Below are positions 1 through 13,039 of a DNA stretch of 64,000 bases, in pieces; the stretch's first letter is position 1, and every line of letters begins with the position of its first letter. The notes below the pieces were generated by a model. It had not been told where the DNA came from, ran no database searches, and worked only from the letters and a program-made list of their open reading frames with translations. Both the position numbers and the translations under genes were made by a program. This stretch comes from Octopus vulgaris (lineage: Eukaryota). The DNA is taken from NCBI GenBank assembly GCA_951406725.2, contig OX597814.1, forward strand, positions 13,516,001 to 13,580,000, read 5' to 3'.

Positions 1-56
<56 letters not shown>

Positions 57-190
57 TATATATACAGACACACATATGTATGTATACACGCATAGACATA
101 CACACAAAATGTATGCAGGTACGCCCACGAGTGCACGCACATAGATACACAGTTACACACACACGTACACAGACATACACATATGTACAC
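1..190. repeat. (TA)n and degenerate (CA)n microsatellite
   Basis: Directly visible dinucleotide tracts. Confidence 0.95.
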
Positions 191-562
191 TTTTGAAAAA
201 TTTGTACGTAAAGTTTTATGTATTCAAACTATGTTTTTAAAAAAAAACATACATTTTATTCTTGCTTCACAGGTTTTGCAATATACTTGTTATATTTTTA
301 AATAGCCGTATAAATCATTGAAAATATTAAAAGCAGTCTTTTTTTTTTAAATAACGTAATTAAAATGTCATAGGAAATGAGTTTAAAATTGTTATTAACG
401 TAAATTGGCCTTCCATTCATTAGTAACTTCATGTTTCTTTTCAATCAAGAAAGCGAAAACGTTAAGAGGACAGAAAAATAATATATAATGGTAGGAGAGC
501 TAATATATAAACGAAGACAGAAATAATGTACTATAAGTAGAGCATTCAGAAATCTGTTCACT

Positions 563-574
563 ATGATGATAAAA

Positions 575-629
<55 letters not shown>

Positions 630-682
630 CGACGACGACGACGACGACGACGACGATGATGATGATGATGATGATGATGACG
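563..682. repeat. Compound (GAT)n(GAC)n(GAT)n microsatellite
   Basis: Directly visible; explains the poly-M/H/T/R ORFs. Confidence 0.95.
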
Positions 683-1449
683 AAGATGCCATCGGACGAG
701 GAGGCGGTGTTGGTTGAAAATTATCTTATTGTACACGAAGCTAATATTAATGATGTTCCACAGGGAACAATGAGTAAATTATGATCCATAAAAGCTAAAG
801 ATAAACCAATATAGTACTGAATAAAACCTTGATAACATGATGCATAGTCGACAGAAAGACGATAAAGTCATCAAAATTAATGAAGGGGTTATAATTAGAA
901 AAATAAAATTAATACAGTTTAAATTGAATTTTGTTGCATGAGAAACACTACAATATTGATAGAATCCATGCTTGTTCTCAAGATCCTCAAATGCAACTCC
1001 ATTTTTTTATGTGCATCCAAATCTTAACTGAATTTTAACCAGCTCGGTTGTACATGATGCAGATCAAATCTAGGTCTGTGTTTATTTAGACTTTATGTAT
1101 TTTTCGCAATGCATATTCTATCAGTTTTAATAACTGCTGAAGACTGAACGGTAAAAAGAAACTGGAAATGGAATCAAAGATGATTCCCAGTTTGATCGCA
1201 GCCCGCAAGACTGTAACTTATACCAAGGCACTGTTCCGGCCTAAAACGTCTTCGGAGTGGTGCCAGTATATTCGATAATCCGCGTTATTATGTGCATAAA
1301 TATCAAGCGATTGCACCGAAGGCATTAAGCAATCAGTGTGTGTCAAAGAAAATGTATCGAGAGGGAGTGAGATTTGCTTTTATGCTGCTGGGTCTGGGAT
1401 ACTGACGGGTGATAATGTTTCTAATATACTGGCAAGATTGATGCGGTAA

Positions 1450-2030
1450 ATAATACCGCTCTATCTTTGGAAACAATTACCTCCAGAATTGATGTGTTTA
1501 GGATGGAATTTCAAAGCGTTCAGTGTTCTGGAAGGAAAGAACCTGGTGTAAAGATGAATGCGTGACCTACATGGATGGACATAATAAGATTGATGAGAAA
1601 GGACAAGAAGTATGGCATTTTGTGGTTGTTGTTATGGCGCTAGGCAGCCAGATATGGCATTTGCTTAGCTAGATGTTAGGATGTCAACCGATGGAATTTT
1701 CCTGTTAAAAGAAGAGCTCTAGATTGCTTACGTAAGAAGTAGCTGTATCTCTGAGAGCTATATCTCTAATAGCTATGTTTCTGACAGGAATTCAGTTGTC
1801 TATTGTCGAGCTTATAGATTTGTAGATTATCAGTTGTTGCGGATTAAAGTCTAGTCTGAAATCATGCAGCGGTCGTTTATTCCATGATAGGCAGACTTAG
1901 CAATTAATTATTTAGCTGAATATTTCTGATAATTAGGGAGGTGATTGTAGTGGTTCCGTGATGCATCAGCCTGATGTTATTTCTTGACATTAATAGCAGT
2001 AGCTGAGAGTTTATATTAACATAGACCAGT
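1450..2030 (-). mobile_element. Highly degenerate CR1/L2-like LINE 3' fragment
   Basis: Minus-strand translation VHPCRSRIHLYTRFFPSRTLNALK resembles the CR1/L2 ORF2 C-terminal ...SFFPRT..LWN.LP motif; weak. Confidence 0.3.
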
Positions 2031-2119
2031 TGTTGATTGTATCGAGGGTTTTCTTATTGATTGTGTTTTTCACAAGTTGTATCTAGAATGAGAGTAGGTA
2101 ACGCATGGTTAAGGAATAC

Positions 2120-2328
2120 TGGTTTTAAATTTTGACATAAAACCGACAAATTCGGGGGAGGGAGAGGTGATGATATCGATTTTTCAATGTACAACTGGTA
2201 CTTATTTTGTCGACACTGTAAGAATGAAAAGCAAAGTTAACTTCGTCAGAATATGAACACAGTGTAAACACAGACGGAATGCCGCAAAGCATTTTATCTG
2301 ACGTGCTAAGGATTCTGCCAGCTCGCCA
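2120..2328 (-). mobile_element. Degenerate tRNA-derived SINE (family with GGCGAGCTGGCAGAA head)
   Basis: Reverse complement of the family seen at 27021, 53280 and 56279; ends ...gattctgccagctcgcc. Confidence 0.8.
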
Positions 2329-2339
2329 ACTTATGGTTC

Positions 2340-2870
2340 GGCAATATTAAAGAGAAATGACGGACATAACAGTGGCTGTTTTTGCAAGTGATAAATATAT
2401 TATTGATATACAGAAGAAAAGAAGTAGCTATTAAATCAATATCAGTTGACAGGGTGAGGGACTCCAAGTGATACTTCAATTAATGTCAGATAAAATACAT
2501 GGGGACCTCATACGCAGAAGTTTCGATATGCGTTCTGTATGACAAATACGGTCGAAGAGGCAATTTAAAGTTTGCATTGCATGTATTCCATTATTGGCAT
2601 TATTGGAGTAATGATCTTACCAAGGTACAACAAATCTGTTCTGAATAGTATAATTTGAATCGGTGTTTGTTACAATTCTTCACTTTTAAAGAAAAAAACA
2701 GATTTTCGGAATATCGTGATGGGTTTCCACTTCAAATTCACTTGCAAACATGTTTCTTTAGACGAAATATTCAGTGTTTATACTGGAAAACTATACATTT
2801 AGAGGTGTAAAACAGGATTAGCTTCCCAAAACAAATGCATTTTGTATCTTTCATAGTATATGAAACGTTG
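2340..2870 (+). pseudogene. Decayed Dscam-like Ig1-Ig2 remnant (copy A)
   Basis: HGDLIRRSFDMRSV*Q (~2498-2545) resembles Dscam Ig1 end G.I.SR.V.VRAVV.Q; VYTGKLYI/GVKQD (~2776-2817) resembles an Ig E/F strand. Many stops and frameshifts. Confidence 0.35.
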
Positions 2871-2981
2871 TACTAACTTAATGCAAGCATTATTTTTAGG
2901 TGTGAAATATGAACAATGACACACCCCAACTCAATATATATATACATATACATACATATATACATACATATATACACACAA

Positions 2982-3024
<43 letters not shown>

Positions 3025-3209
3025 CATACGACGTATATAATTTCATACATATAATTATATGCATAAAATTATATACTTCGTATTAATTTTAACCTTAACT
3101 GGTACTTGATTTTATATAGATTTTATCCTTAATTTTAATTGATACACACACACATATATACTCACACACGCACGCATACAGCCACCCACCCCACACGTAT
3201 CTATATATA

Positions 3210-3394
3210 TCTACTATATATAAATCACAGTCTATCTGTGTATCTTGACTGACGCATACATTTCCACAATACCCAATCGATTTTCGCCAAACTTTACACA
3301 CCAAGCATGGTCATCTCGTCTAACATTTTGCGCATAGTTTCCGCGTAAATGCACAACCCGAGAAAAACTGTGGTATACACGGGTTCTTCTCTAA
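3210..3394 (+). mobile_element. Non-autonomous Helitron-like element
   Basis: 5' TCTACTATATATAAA; 3' CCCG...CGGG hairpin followed by degenerate CTAG (CTAA). Confidence 0.6.
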
Positions 3395-3399
3395 TTTGT

Positions 3400-3745
3400 T
3401 GTATGTACAATTTTCTTCTGTATGTAGGGTCGTCCATACTTCTTTACTATAAATGGCATGGGAGAATACTTTTAGTGGTTTTCACATTTTAAAAATTTAT
3501 TCTTTATTTTTATGTTTTAACTGTGTATTAATATTTTCTATGTTTTTTATGTAATTTGGTGTGTATTGTTTAAATGTTGGTCAGATAATATAGAATTAAA
3601 TCAATTTTTCCTCTCACACCGTCTCCGATGAAGGGATATTATTAATTAATATCCTAGAAACAGCTGTAAGAACTTCTATATATAAATGGACTAATATCTA
3701 TACAGCCTTGGTTTTTTTATCTTATTTCACAAAAAATTCTTATAT
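3400..3745 (+). mobile_element. Penelope-like element terminal-repeat fragment
   Basis: AT-rich segment containing a minimal hammerhead motif of the kind typical of Penelope pseudo-LTRs. Confidence 0.5.
3621..3671 (+). ncRNA. Minimal type I hammerhead ribozyme motif (variant core CCGAUGA)
   Basis: gTCT-CCGATGA-AGGGATATTA-ttaat-TAATATCCT-a-GAAA-CAGCTG-TA-AGA: stem I TCT/AGA, long stem II, GAAA, palindromic ACAGCTGT stem III, GUA cleavage triplet. Confidence 0.65.
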
Positions 3746-3880
3746 ACACACGCTGATATAGAACCAGCGTTAAACCCTTTATTCGCAATATTACCGAATC
3801 TGGACCTTAACTATGGTCTGTCTATAGCTCTTATTCAGCATTGCCTGACACATTTGGGTCTCAATTACACCATTATCTCC

Positions 3881-3943
<63 letters not shown>

Positions 3944-4135
3944 ATATATATATATATGTATATATTTATATATATATATATGCATGTATATGTATATGTA
4001 CATATATATATATATATATATAACGGTGACATATATATATATACTATATATATATATATATGTATATATTTATATATATATATATGCATGTATATGTATA
4101 TGTACATATATATATATATATATATAACGGTGGTA
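3881..4135. repeat. Compound (TA)n tract, tandemly duplicated with AACGGTG marker
   Basis: Two near-identical interrupted TA blocks, each ending ...tatataacggtg. Confidence 0.85.
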
Positions 4136-4345
4136 CATCAGCATGGCCACACTCTGAGATGAAACTTAAAAAAAATATATATATATATGCTTATTGTAAA
4201 TCGCATTACTTAAGCATAGGTAATCTCCAGTCAGTTATCTTTAGCCAATTAACTAATCCTTTTTTTCTCGTCTGATTTATTAACCGAATGCGCATTGAAT
4301 CGTGATGTTACATATAACGATATATATGTGCATATATTCAATACG

Positions 4346-7300
4346 TTATAGTGCAGTCAAGCGTCGGCAGACCGACAATGCCCTATCTACCTTGGAAGAG
4401 ACAATGCGGGGCTTTTCATACTTAGCTATGCTCTGAATAACATTTTGCTGAGAAGCTATTCAACATCAGTTACAGACACATGGGCCCCTTTTCACAGCAC
4501 AATAAGAACTACCGTTCTTATATAAAAATATAAAATATAAAATTTTTCTGAGGTGTGCATACTCTTTGCGACAAAGTTCCTTAATAGTTTGATTCCTGTC
4601 AAGTATTCAAGTTTTATTGAAATTCTGATGCTAACTAAATGAACATATCTCACTTGTGATCTCGGAGAAAGGCCTGCTTCATTCCATTCTCTCTTAACCG
4701 CATCGGCTTGTGCTCAATAAAATGGACTTTAATTATTGTTTTTATATCGAAGAAATATTTAACAGCGATTTTCGAAACAAAATTTCGTAATTTTCCATTG
4801 CATATTAAAAGTATCATGGCACCTAAATTACGAATCGATGCTGGCAAATGGAAGATTACATTGTAAACTCAGTTTAGAAAGATAATATATTTAAACTTCT
4901 TTGTAACTTGGTAAACTAGCATTTCAGCTACATATCCTTGGGTAAATCTCTTAATCTCTACCATATTACATCGCATCTAAAAGCTTCTCTCTCATCATCA
5001 CCATCTTTCGTCTTTTAGCATTGCCAGCATGATTGCTCAATTAGTGCTACATTTAAGGGAGAAAAAACAACTACACAGAATGAAACTTGTTAAATATCTA
5101 GAGAATAATATCCAAATGTAACATTGCATAATCTGCATAATTAAACGATAAAACATCATGCATTTTAATTGCTTATCATGCAATAATAGTTTCTGCAGTT
5201 GTAAACAAGACATATGAAAGATATAATCAGTTGATGTCAGCATATGATTGCTAGTTATTCGACTAATTCCGCCAGTATTTGTAATAAAACACATCTAATT
5301 TAAGGTACCATTCTCCTGAATCAGTTGCTATATCGCCAAAATAACATTATTTTCAAATTACAGGGGAAGCAGCAATTTCGCAGATGACGTTTAGTCAAAT
5401 CAATAGACAACATTCATTATTGGGAATAATTATTTCAATCGCAAATGGATGGAACCCTAGATCGATTGCAATCAGTGATGCAGAGAAAATCAGATGCAGT
5501 AGCTAATTCGTTAGCAAGACCCACCCTACCACCTCCTTTTTTACTGCTAGTACGTTGAACCGAATCCTTACAATTAAGTTTGGAGTGACACAGTAATTTA
5601 GATTTAGTCAAACGAAAAGGCTGAAACGGTTAGTATATCTTAGACTTCAAAGGTTACAAATTCTTTAATAGAACACAAGTATACAGAATAGAGAAATAAT
5701 ACATTGAAAAATGATGTAAGTTACACAGTGGCAAAAAAAACGGTAAGCATGTAGTCCTCGTCCATACAGAGGAATGTAAGCAGTCGATACCTCACATTAA
5801 CCCTCTGAGCCCGTAACACCGGTTGACTGGTGGATGCAATGTTTTTCTCTACACCGTAGCACAGCTCTAGCGGTGGGGTGCATGTGCACTAAAGTATGAC
5901 ACTTTATTTTTATTTAACGATCCAATAACGGAACTTTAACAGACAAGACGCCATTATAGCTGGGCAAGGAGGCTCTTCGTGAAATTTCTAATGCAGGCTA
6001 TCTACAATGCATTTATTCTATTCCGGTTCCTTTATCCTGAGAAAGCCATGAAGTATACATTCCACAGATTTCTGGATTAGTACAGTGTCGGACTTGTCGG
6101 TGATTTTCGCACAAATGCTGTTCGCAGAGCTCATGGCCGCGAAGTCCCTGTTTGTCTCTAAAACGTAGGCCACCACCATCCACATATTCCAGAGGATGAA
6201 TCTACAAACACACTGTGTTGTATGTGCCATCTTTGCGTCAAAAGAGGATCAACATGCTGAACTGATTGCCATAGCAAGATAGAATATTTGCACTAGGAGC
6301 CAGGTAGGCATCTCTGTTGTTTGTGTGTGTTGTTAGATTGTTATTGATATTGATATATATTTTTGGGGGGGAGCTGCAATTGATATTAACCCATTTCCAA
6401 CTTATTTTACGCAGGGAGCCAGTTATATGGTCAAGTTCTGGAGGTCCGCGATAAAAGGGTTAAAACACCACAGGGATACCTACCCATGGTAACTCATACT
6501 GCAGTCCACTGCGTTGAAATGTGTTTGCTAAACGCTAAACTTTTTGGAGTGGGTTGATAGTGTCTTCAACATTCTCCCTAACAAGCAGTTAATTTTTCTA
6601 GCAATTGAAGCTTTCCAATGTCAGTTATTTTCTTTTTACCGGCAGTATATCCTTGCAATACATCTGGTTCGTCAAATGTGTAATCCTCTCTTGACTCTCG
6701 AGGATCAGTCAAATTTTATTCATCGTACAGTCATGATTGTTATCATTTCTGTTCTGATGAGGAGTATATTTGCAGTTGGAAGGTGGGAGATTTCAACCTC
6801 CCAAAAATTGTCCATGCCAGGAGAAATGAGACCTTGTCTTACTGTTTAGCTTTTGGTACCTCTATCCGTTTCGAGAACGGATGACACCATATCCGGCTGT
6901 CGTTTTGTTTTTATCTATCGAGTATGAATATCCTCCTCTGACTCGTGTAGTCAAAGTAACGTCAAGCCTTTTTCCAGGGTCGTAATGCACTTTGCACGTA
7001 TCTCTGTGTCCCGGCCGGGAGTATATTTCTGCAATATTACCACATCTAAGGCCCAAAACTCTGAATAGAACAAAATGATTTCAGAGAGAACAGATGTGAC
7101 TAGTAGTTTTCAAATCAGAGAAGTTGTGAGTTGTATAATGTTTCGTTGACACAAAAATGTTGTTTTTACTTCATCCATAAAAGATAACTTATTTCAATTC
7201 TAGTTGCATATGACATGCATGGTGAAATACGTTCTGCAATAGATGTACTCTAACGGTTACACTTTACAAAAAGATTGCAGGAGGATTAAGCAGGATGTTA

Positions 7301-7734
7301 TACAGAAGTTACTATTGTGAGAAACCACTAAGGGAAGTCGTAATAGATGTTCGCTTGCAAGAACCATAAAAACCTTAGTAACAAGTAGTTGCCAGGATCG
7401 TGAATTGCGGAGAGACTTCGTCCGGAATGTTCCACTGTGGGCACATTTTAAATTCTGTGTGTTAGGGAAACAAATACATAGAATACCTCTTCCCACCAAT
7501 TGTTGTTCGTTGTCATTTTAACAATTACAATTCACCTATACTACATCACAAATACAACAATACCCTAGGGTTAGTGCGAATTGGAGTGCCATTACAAATG
7601 AAAATGAACTGCGATGAATAAGTTTCGATGAATACATTACGGTCGAGACGAAGCTTATCAAACCAGCGTGTCTCTTTTGCTAGATGAACATTCCCCAAAA
7701 GCAGCAATACAAAACCTAACATTCCACATTGCAT
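4346..7734 (-). pseudogene. Decayed ~5-exon gene for an unidentified, probably secreted protein (possible C-terminal TPM-like domain)
   Basis: Inferred exons 7734-7564, 7454-~7231, 7060-~5727 (split by piggyBac), 4822-4654, 4516-4346, with AG acceptors and GT donors. Signal-peptide-like start MQCGMLGFVLLLLGNVHLA. Protein-like blocks across frameshifts: KMCPQWNIPDEVS/AIHDPGNYLLLRFLWFLQANIYYDFP, IWCHPFSKRIEVP, SPGMDNFWEVEISHLP, LTDPRESREDYTFDEPDVLQGY, GLQYELPWVGIP, TAYIPLYGRGLHAYRFFLPL/CHDTFNMQWKITKFC. Multiple stops. Confidence 0.65.
5801..6459 (+). mobile_element. Internally deleted piggyBac element
   Basis: TTAA at 5797-5800 and 6460-6463; CCCT...AGGG ends with a degenerate TIR (13/20 matches by eye); internal MQAIYNAFILF and THCVVC resemble the transposase C-terminus. 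Confidence 0.8.
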
Positions 7735-8339
7735 ATTTATAATATATTAACTATTAACTCTGAAATTTCAATATTTCATATTTTGAACTCATAGAAAATG
7801 GCCACCTTGTTTTGAACTGGAAGAACATTTTGTACGTCAATATTTTCATTTCTCATGCTACGAGAAAATCCTCTATCAATGAGTGAGGGTAATCAGTAAT
7901 ATAATTCTTCCCATCTTTATGCACCCGCAGGTATCTTGAAATCCCTAATTCCCAAACTTTTGCGGCGTTTGGAAATTTGTATGAAAAGCTATATGTTGCT
8001 GACATGACCACCGAATTTTTTTTATGTCGTGGGCCTCTTCATATAAATGTTGTTGGTCATAGACATCAGATCGCTCCTATTAATTCTGTGTGTTGCTTGT
8101 GCAAAATTTTGTCTATGTCAAACAGCTTGTGTTGTTTGACATTTTGAATTGACACTTAGACAGAGGAACAACAGTCTCAATACATTTCCTGTTTCTGTTT
8201 TTTTCTATAAATGTGACAAAGTGATTGATGAATTAAACTTTTCTTCAGCTTCAATAACAATGTTTGTGTACTATTCGTGAAAAAAATGCTAATCCAAAGT
8301 TTTGAAAGTCATGCAAAAATATAATCTGTAGATCTTAAC

Positions 8340-10345
8340 ACTTTCTCTTCTGTCATGTCATATTCCTGTCTTTGAGGAATCATGACTTGTTCCTCCTCCA
8401 TTTATTTCTGTCTCTCGCAACATCACCCAGGCCTTTCTCGCTCTGCTTGCTCAATCTCTTCTTTATCCAGTCGAACATCTTCGATCTATTTCTTTCTCTC
8501 GCTGTCCTCCCCACCATCTTACTCTCCACCATGTAACGCTCCATTCCGGTCATCCTCTTTGAGAAAATGACCAACAAGTCTCTCTCTCTCTCTCTCTCTG
8601 ACAGTCTCAATAACTGTATCTTTACTTTCATCTTCTTCAACACTTCCGCATTCATCACTCTATGTACCCACGTGATTCTAAGCATTTTTCTATAAAACCA
8701 CATTTCTGTAGCTTTTGGTCTCTTCTCCATGATTTTGCTTGCCGACCACATGTAGCACTTCAATAGTCTTTTCTTTACTTCCTCACCACTTGTCTTAGCA
8801 CAAAAATGCTCCTAATATTCATAAAGTATTCTTAATCCAATTCTGCATTTGATGTCTTTATCTGACCTTCCAACTGATATTATCCAAATTCCTAGATATA
8901 TGAAACTGTCCTTCTGATGTATTCAAGTTCCAGTCACCTTCAAGCGACATACGGATACCTGTATTTTCATGGTACAGACTACTGAGTGCGTTTTCTGGCA
9001 GTTAATTGTCAATCCAAGCTTTCCACTCTTCTCAGTCACGATATTAATCAATCCATGAAGCTTCTTTTCTGTGTCCGCAAACAGAGCCGTATCGTCTGTG
9101 TACCTCAGATTGTTATAATTCTTTTTCCCCCATTTGTAGTCCTGAAATTGTCGTGATCTGGATTAGACCTTTTACACCATATAGGTTGAATAGATCAGGT
9201 TACAAAATAGAATACTGCCGGACGCCTTCGTGGATGTTAGTCCGGTCGCCCAATTCTCCATGCACTGTTATGACTGCTTTCTGGTCCCAATACAAATTTT
9301 GAGTCATTCTTGGATCTTTTCCGTTTATCTCGATTTCCTCCAACATTCTCACCAACACTTCATGCTTGACACCACAGTCAAACGCCTTCACATAGGCAAT
9401 AAAACAGATGCACAAGTGTTTTTGTTCCTCTATACACTTTTCCACCAAGGTCCTCAAGCATAGAATTGCATTTCTCATCCCCTTTCCAGTTCGATAGCCG
9501 GACTGTTCATCTCATAGGTTTCCCCTAATAGTACCATTCACTCGATTCAATTCCTCTCTCAAAATAATGACATGACTCATTAGGCTTATCGTTCTGTAAA
9601 TTTTGCACTCGATTGTCCCAGACATTTTAGGGAAGGCGATGAAGATTTATTCCAGCATTTCTTCAGAAATATCCCCCTAGTTGTAAACAAGGTTCTCTAT
9701 CTCTGTTGATGTTTCTAATCTACAGCTCCCCCAAAGCATCTACTAGTTCATCCGCGATGTTATCAGTTCCCGTCGCTTTTCCACATTTCATCTTGTCCAT
9801 AGCCTGCTTAATTTCCAGGGATACAGGCATCCAGTAACAGCACCTCCGTTATGCCATGATGGACCGTGAAGTCTGGCGTAGCATGTTAAATTCCATTGTC
9901 TCGACCACAGTCGAACAATGATGATGATGATGATTTCAGCTGCTGTAATCATATGGCCTTCCATTGGCTTGCTTATCTCTGTTTTTTTTCCTTCTATTAT
10001 CAGCACAGAGACCTTTGATGTAATCGGTCCAACTTATTTTGGCTGAACCGTCATCCATCAGAATTGTCTTTATTACAGCCTGTCAAATTTTCTTCCTCCT
10101 AAATATAGTCTGTCTAACTTTTCCATGCAATATCTATGCAGCTTTCTTCTCCAGCTCTTTAAACTCTTCACAACACCCCTCCAGGGATACTTCCTTTGCT
10201 ATTTCACACATATGGCGGTGCCTCAGCATGGCCGCAGCTCGTGAGCTGAAACTAGATAAAAAAAAATATTTCGAATATCTTTGTTCAATTGTTTGTACAA
10301 TTCCGGGTCATTCTTTACCAGTCTTCTCTCATCTATCATATGAAG
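8340..10345 (-). mobile_element. RTE-clade LINE, degenerate RT and C-terminus
   Basis: ORFs ICFIAYVKAFDC, GVRQ, ATEMWFYRKMLRITW, VARDRNKWR are typical RTE ORF motifs. Confidence 0.9.
9798..9935 (+). mobile_element. 5'-truncated RTE-like LINE 3' end nested in the opposite orientation
   Basis: LRYAMMDREVWRSMLNSIV followed by a (TGA)n tail. Confidence 0.65.
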
Positions 10346-10689
10346 TATCTCTTGGCACGCAATAGAATAAACGAAATGCCGATTCAACAAAAACGACAAT
10401 GACAACAAAAAAAAAACGAATAACATCAACACCAATAATAAAACAAAAATAATGGTTTCAAATTTTAATGTGATGCCAGCAATTTGGCGGGGTGGGGAAT
10501 AAATCTATTGCATCAACCCCAGTTTTCAACTGGTATTTATTTTATCGATTCAAAAAGGATGAAAGGTAAAGTCGACCTCGGTGGCACGATGCTAATAATG
10601 CTAATGATGAGGATGATGATGATAAGGAGGAGGAGGAGGATGATAACGACGACGACGACGATGACGACGATAATAATAATGAGGATTCA

Positions 10690-11440
10690 GAATAATTAGG
10701 ATTCTTGTGGAAAAACCTAGGATTCTTGACAGACAAACTAGGAAGTTTTTGACGATCTATGGAGCCCACAATCCGAAAGCTGATATCAGATGGCTGTAGT
10801 TGAGGAGGGACCAGAGAGAAAAAGGCCTAATAACAGTAGACGAATGTGTACGGGTGGAAAGAGAAAGTCTAATAGACTATTTGCAGAGCAGCTCAGAAAA
10901 GCAATTAAAGGTATTTAAGAACAGGCATGACGCGCATAATAGAAGAGGACGAGAATGAAAATCAGAGAGCGCGTCAGGCAGATCGAAGGGAAACCTCTGC
11001 ATGGCCAGTTTTGAAGAGTCACCGAAGACGTATGTGGAACAAAATCCTGGGTTTGGTTAAAAAAACGGACAGTTAAAAAAAAATATTACAGAGTCTACTG
11101 GTAGCATCCGAAGATCAAGCAATAAAAGCAAACAACTTGAGATAAAATATATATGGAGAGATAGTGTCAGAAAAAATTTAGAGCATGTGAAACTTGGAAC
11201 GAGACAGTGGCACATATCGTGACAGAGTGCCCCAAGTTGGCACAGGAAGAATATAAGAAATGGAGGCACGACAAGGTTGTAAACGTTAAACACTGGAAAC
11301 TGTGCCAGAAATGGGGATTTGAAACTTCACACAAAAGGTACAATCATCGAGTCGAAAGAGTAATAGAGTCGGTGAAATGTAAGATTTTGTGGGAATTTCC
11401 TCTTCAAACGGAAAAGAAGTTAGAAAGTAATAGACCAGAT
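10690..11440 (+). mobile_element. R4/Dong-clade LINE fragment (older)
   Basis: KPLHGQF, ETVAHIVTECPKLAQEEYKKWRHDKV, KILWEFPLQTEKKLESNRPD; follows an (AAT/GAT)n tract. Confidence 0.85.
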
Positions 11441-11853
11441 GAGCAAATATTCTGCTCAATTCCACAGATTTGCTTGTCAGTTACTTGACCTTAAACAGTT
11501 GAGCATGTACCTCAGTGGCTGACGATATGTACATCTCTGATCACGATCAGAAGTAGTGGAGGAGCATCATAGCCATGAGTTATTTGGGGTTTGAATAATT
11601 CATCTCTGGAAACATGGGGGTTTTGTTCAACATCCTTCAACATGGGTTACTCGACCAGAAGAAAATTCTAACTGGGCCCCACCTGCATGGTCATATGCTG
11701 TTTATCTTGATATGAGATCACCATGTCGCGAACATATGGCTATGATGCATGTGCCTAATGTAACCTTATCAGACGGGTAATCATGATGGGTATACTGGGC
11801 TTCGTATATTTTACCCCAGTGTCACTCTAATGGCATGCACTGCTCTCTCACTC
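11440..11853 (+). mobile_element. Non-coding retroelement 3' portion ending in (AAT)n
   Basis: Ends ATGCACTGCTCTCTCACTC(AAT)n; the same terminus recurs at ~17050-17092. Confidence 0.6.
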
Positions 11854-11863
11854 AATAATAATG

Positions 11864-11953
<90 letters not shown>

Positions 11954-12022
11954 ATAATAACAATAATAATAATAATAACAATAATAATAATAACAATAAT
12001 AACAATAATAATAATAATAATC

Positions 12023-12077
<55 letters not shown>

Positions 12078-12100
12078 TAATAATAATAATAATAATAATA
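11854..12100. repeat. (AAT)n/(AGT)n microsatellite
   Basis: Directly visible. Confidence 0.95.
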
Positions 12101-12768
12101 AACATGTAATGAAAAGAAATATTACAAGTAACTGCAGAATATGTGGAGATGGACAAGAAACAATAAATCATATCCTCTAGCTGCCCAGTCCTGGCTAAGA
12201 AGGAATATATTCACAGACATGACAGAGTTGGAACCTACATACATTGGAAGCTATGCCAACATTATGGTATAACAACAGAAAAAAAGATGGTATAGGCACA
12301 CACCAGAAAAGGTCACAGAAAACGAGAAAGCAACCATATTCTGGGATATGCCGATACACACAAATAGAGAAATTAAGGCCAACAGACCAGATATAGTTGT
12401 CAGAGATCATGAAGAAAAAAAATGCTTTCCAATTGATGTATCAATACCGGCAGATGACGTGTCTCTAAAAGAAATGGAGAAATTCTCAAAATACAAAGAC
12501 CTGGAAATAGAGGTAACTAGAATGTGGAATCTGAAAACAGAAACAATTCCTATCATAGTAGGTGCTTTAGGCATGATAAAAAAATATTCAGACAAATACA
12601 TAACAAAAACACCAGGACATACAAACACATATAACATACAGAAAATTGCACTACTAGGCACTGCACCCATCCTACGCAGAACAATTTCCATACAATAACC
12701 ATCAGAGCATCACAACAAATCACAGCACATACCCAAGGCACACAGAGTTGTGCTCGGTAGTGAAGTGA
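12101..12768 (+). mobile_element. 5'-truncated R4/Dong-clade LINE: CCHC finger, restriction-like endonuclease and 3' UTR
   Basis: CRICGDGQETINHIL..CP, RHDRV, NRPDIVV...IDVSIP...EK.SKYKDL, IPIIVGALG; stop at 12698; flanked by trinucleotide repeats. Confidence 0.92.
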
Positions 12769-12988
<220 letters not shown>

Positions 12989-13039
12989 AATGCACGGCCT
13001 GAACAGTACACAGCTATCAAAAATAAGGCTATGAAAAAG

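Noticed and set aside
500-784. Poly-His/Met/Thr ORFs, and all [12 protein letters not shown]/poly-N ORFs elsewhere
   Set aside because: Translations of microsatellites, not genes.
6862-7056. RCGNIAEI resembling the PPP phosphatase RCGN motif
   Set aside because: Surrounding sequence lacks all other PPP motifs; it is part of the unidentified pseudogene.
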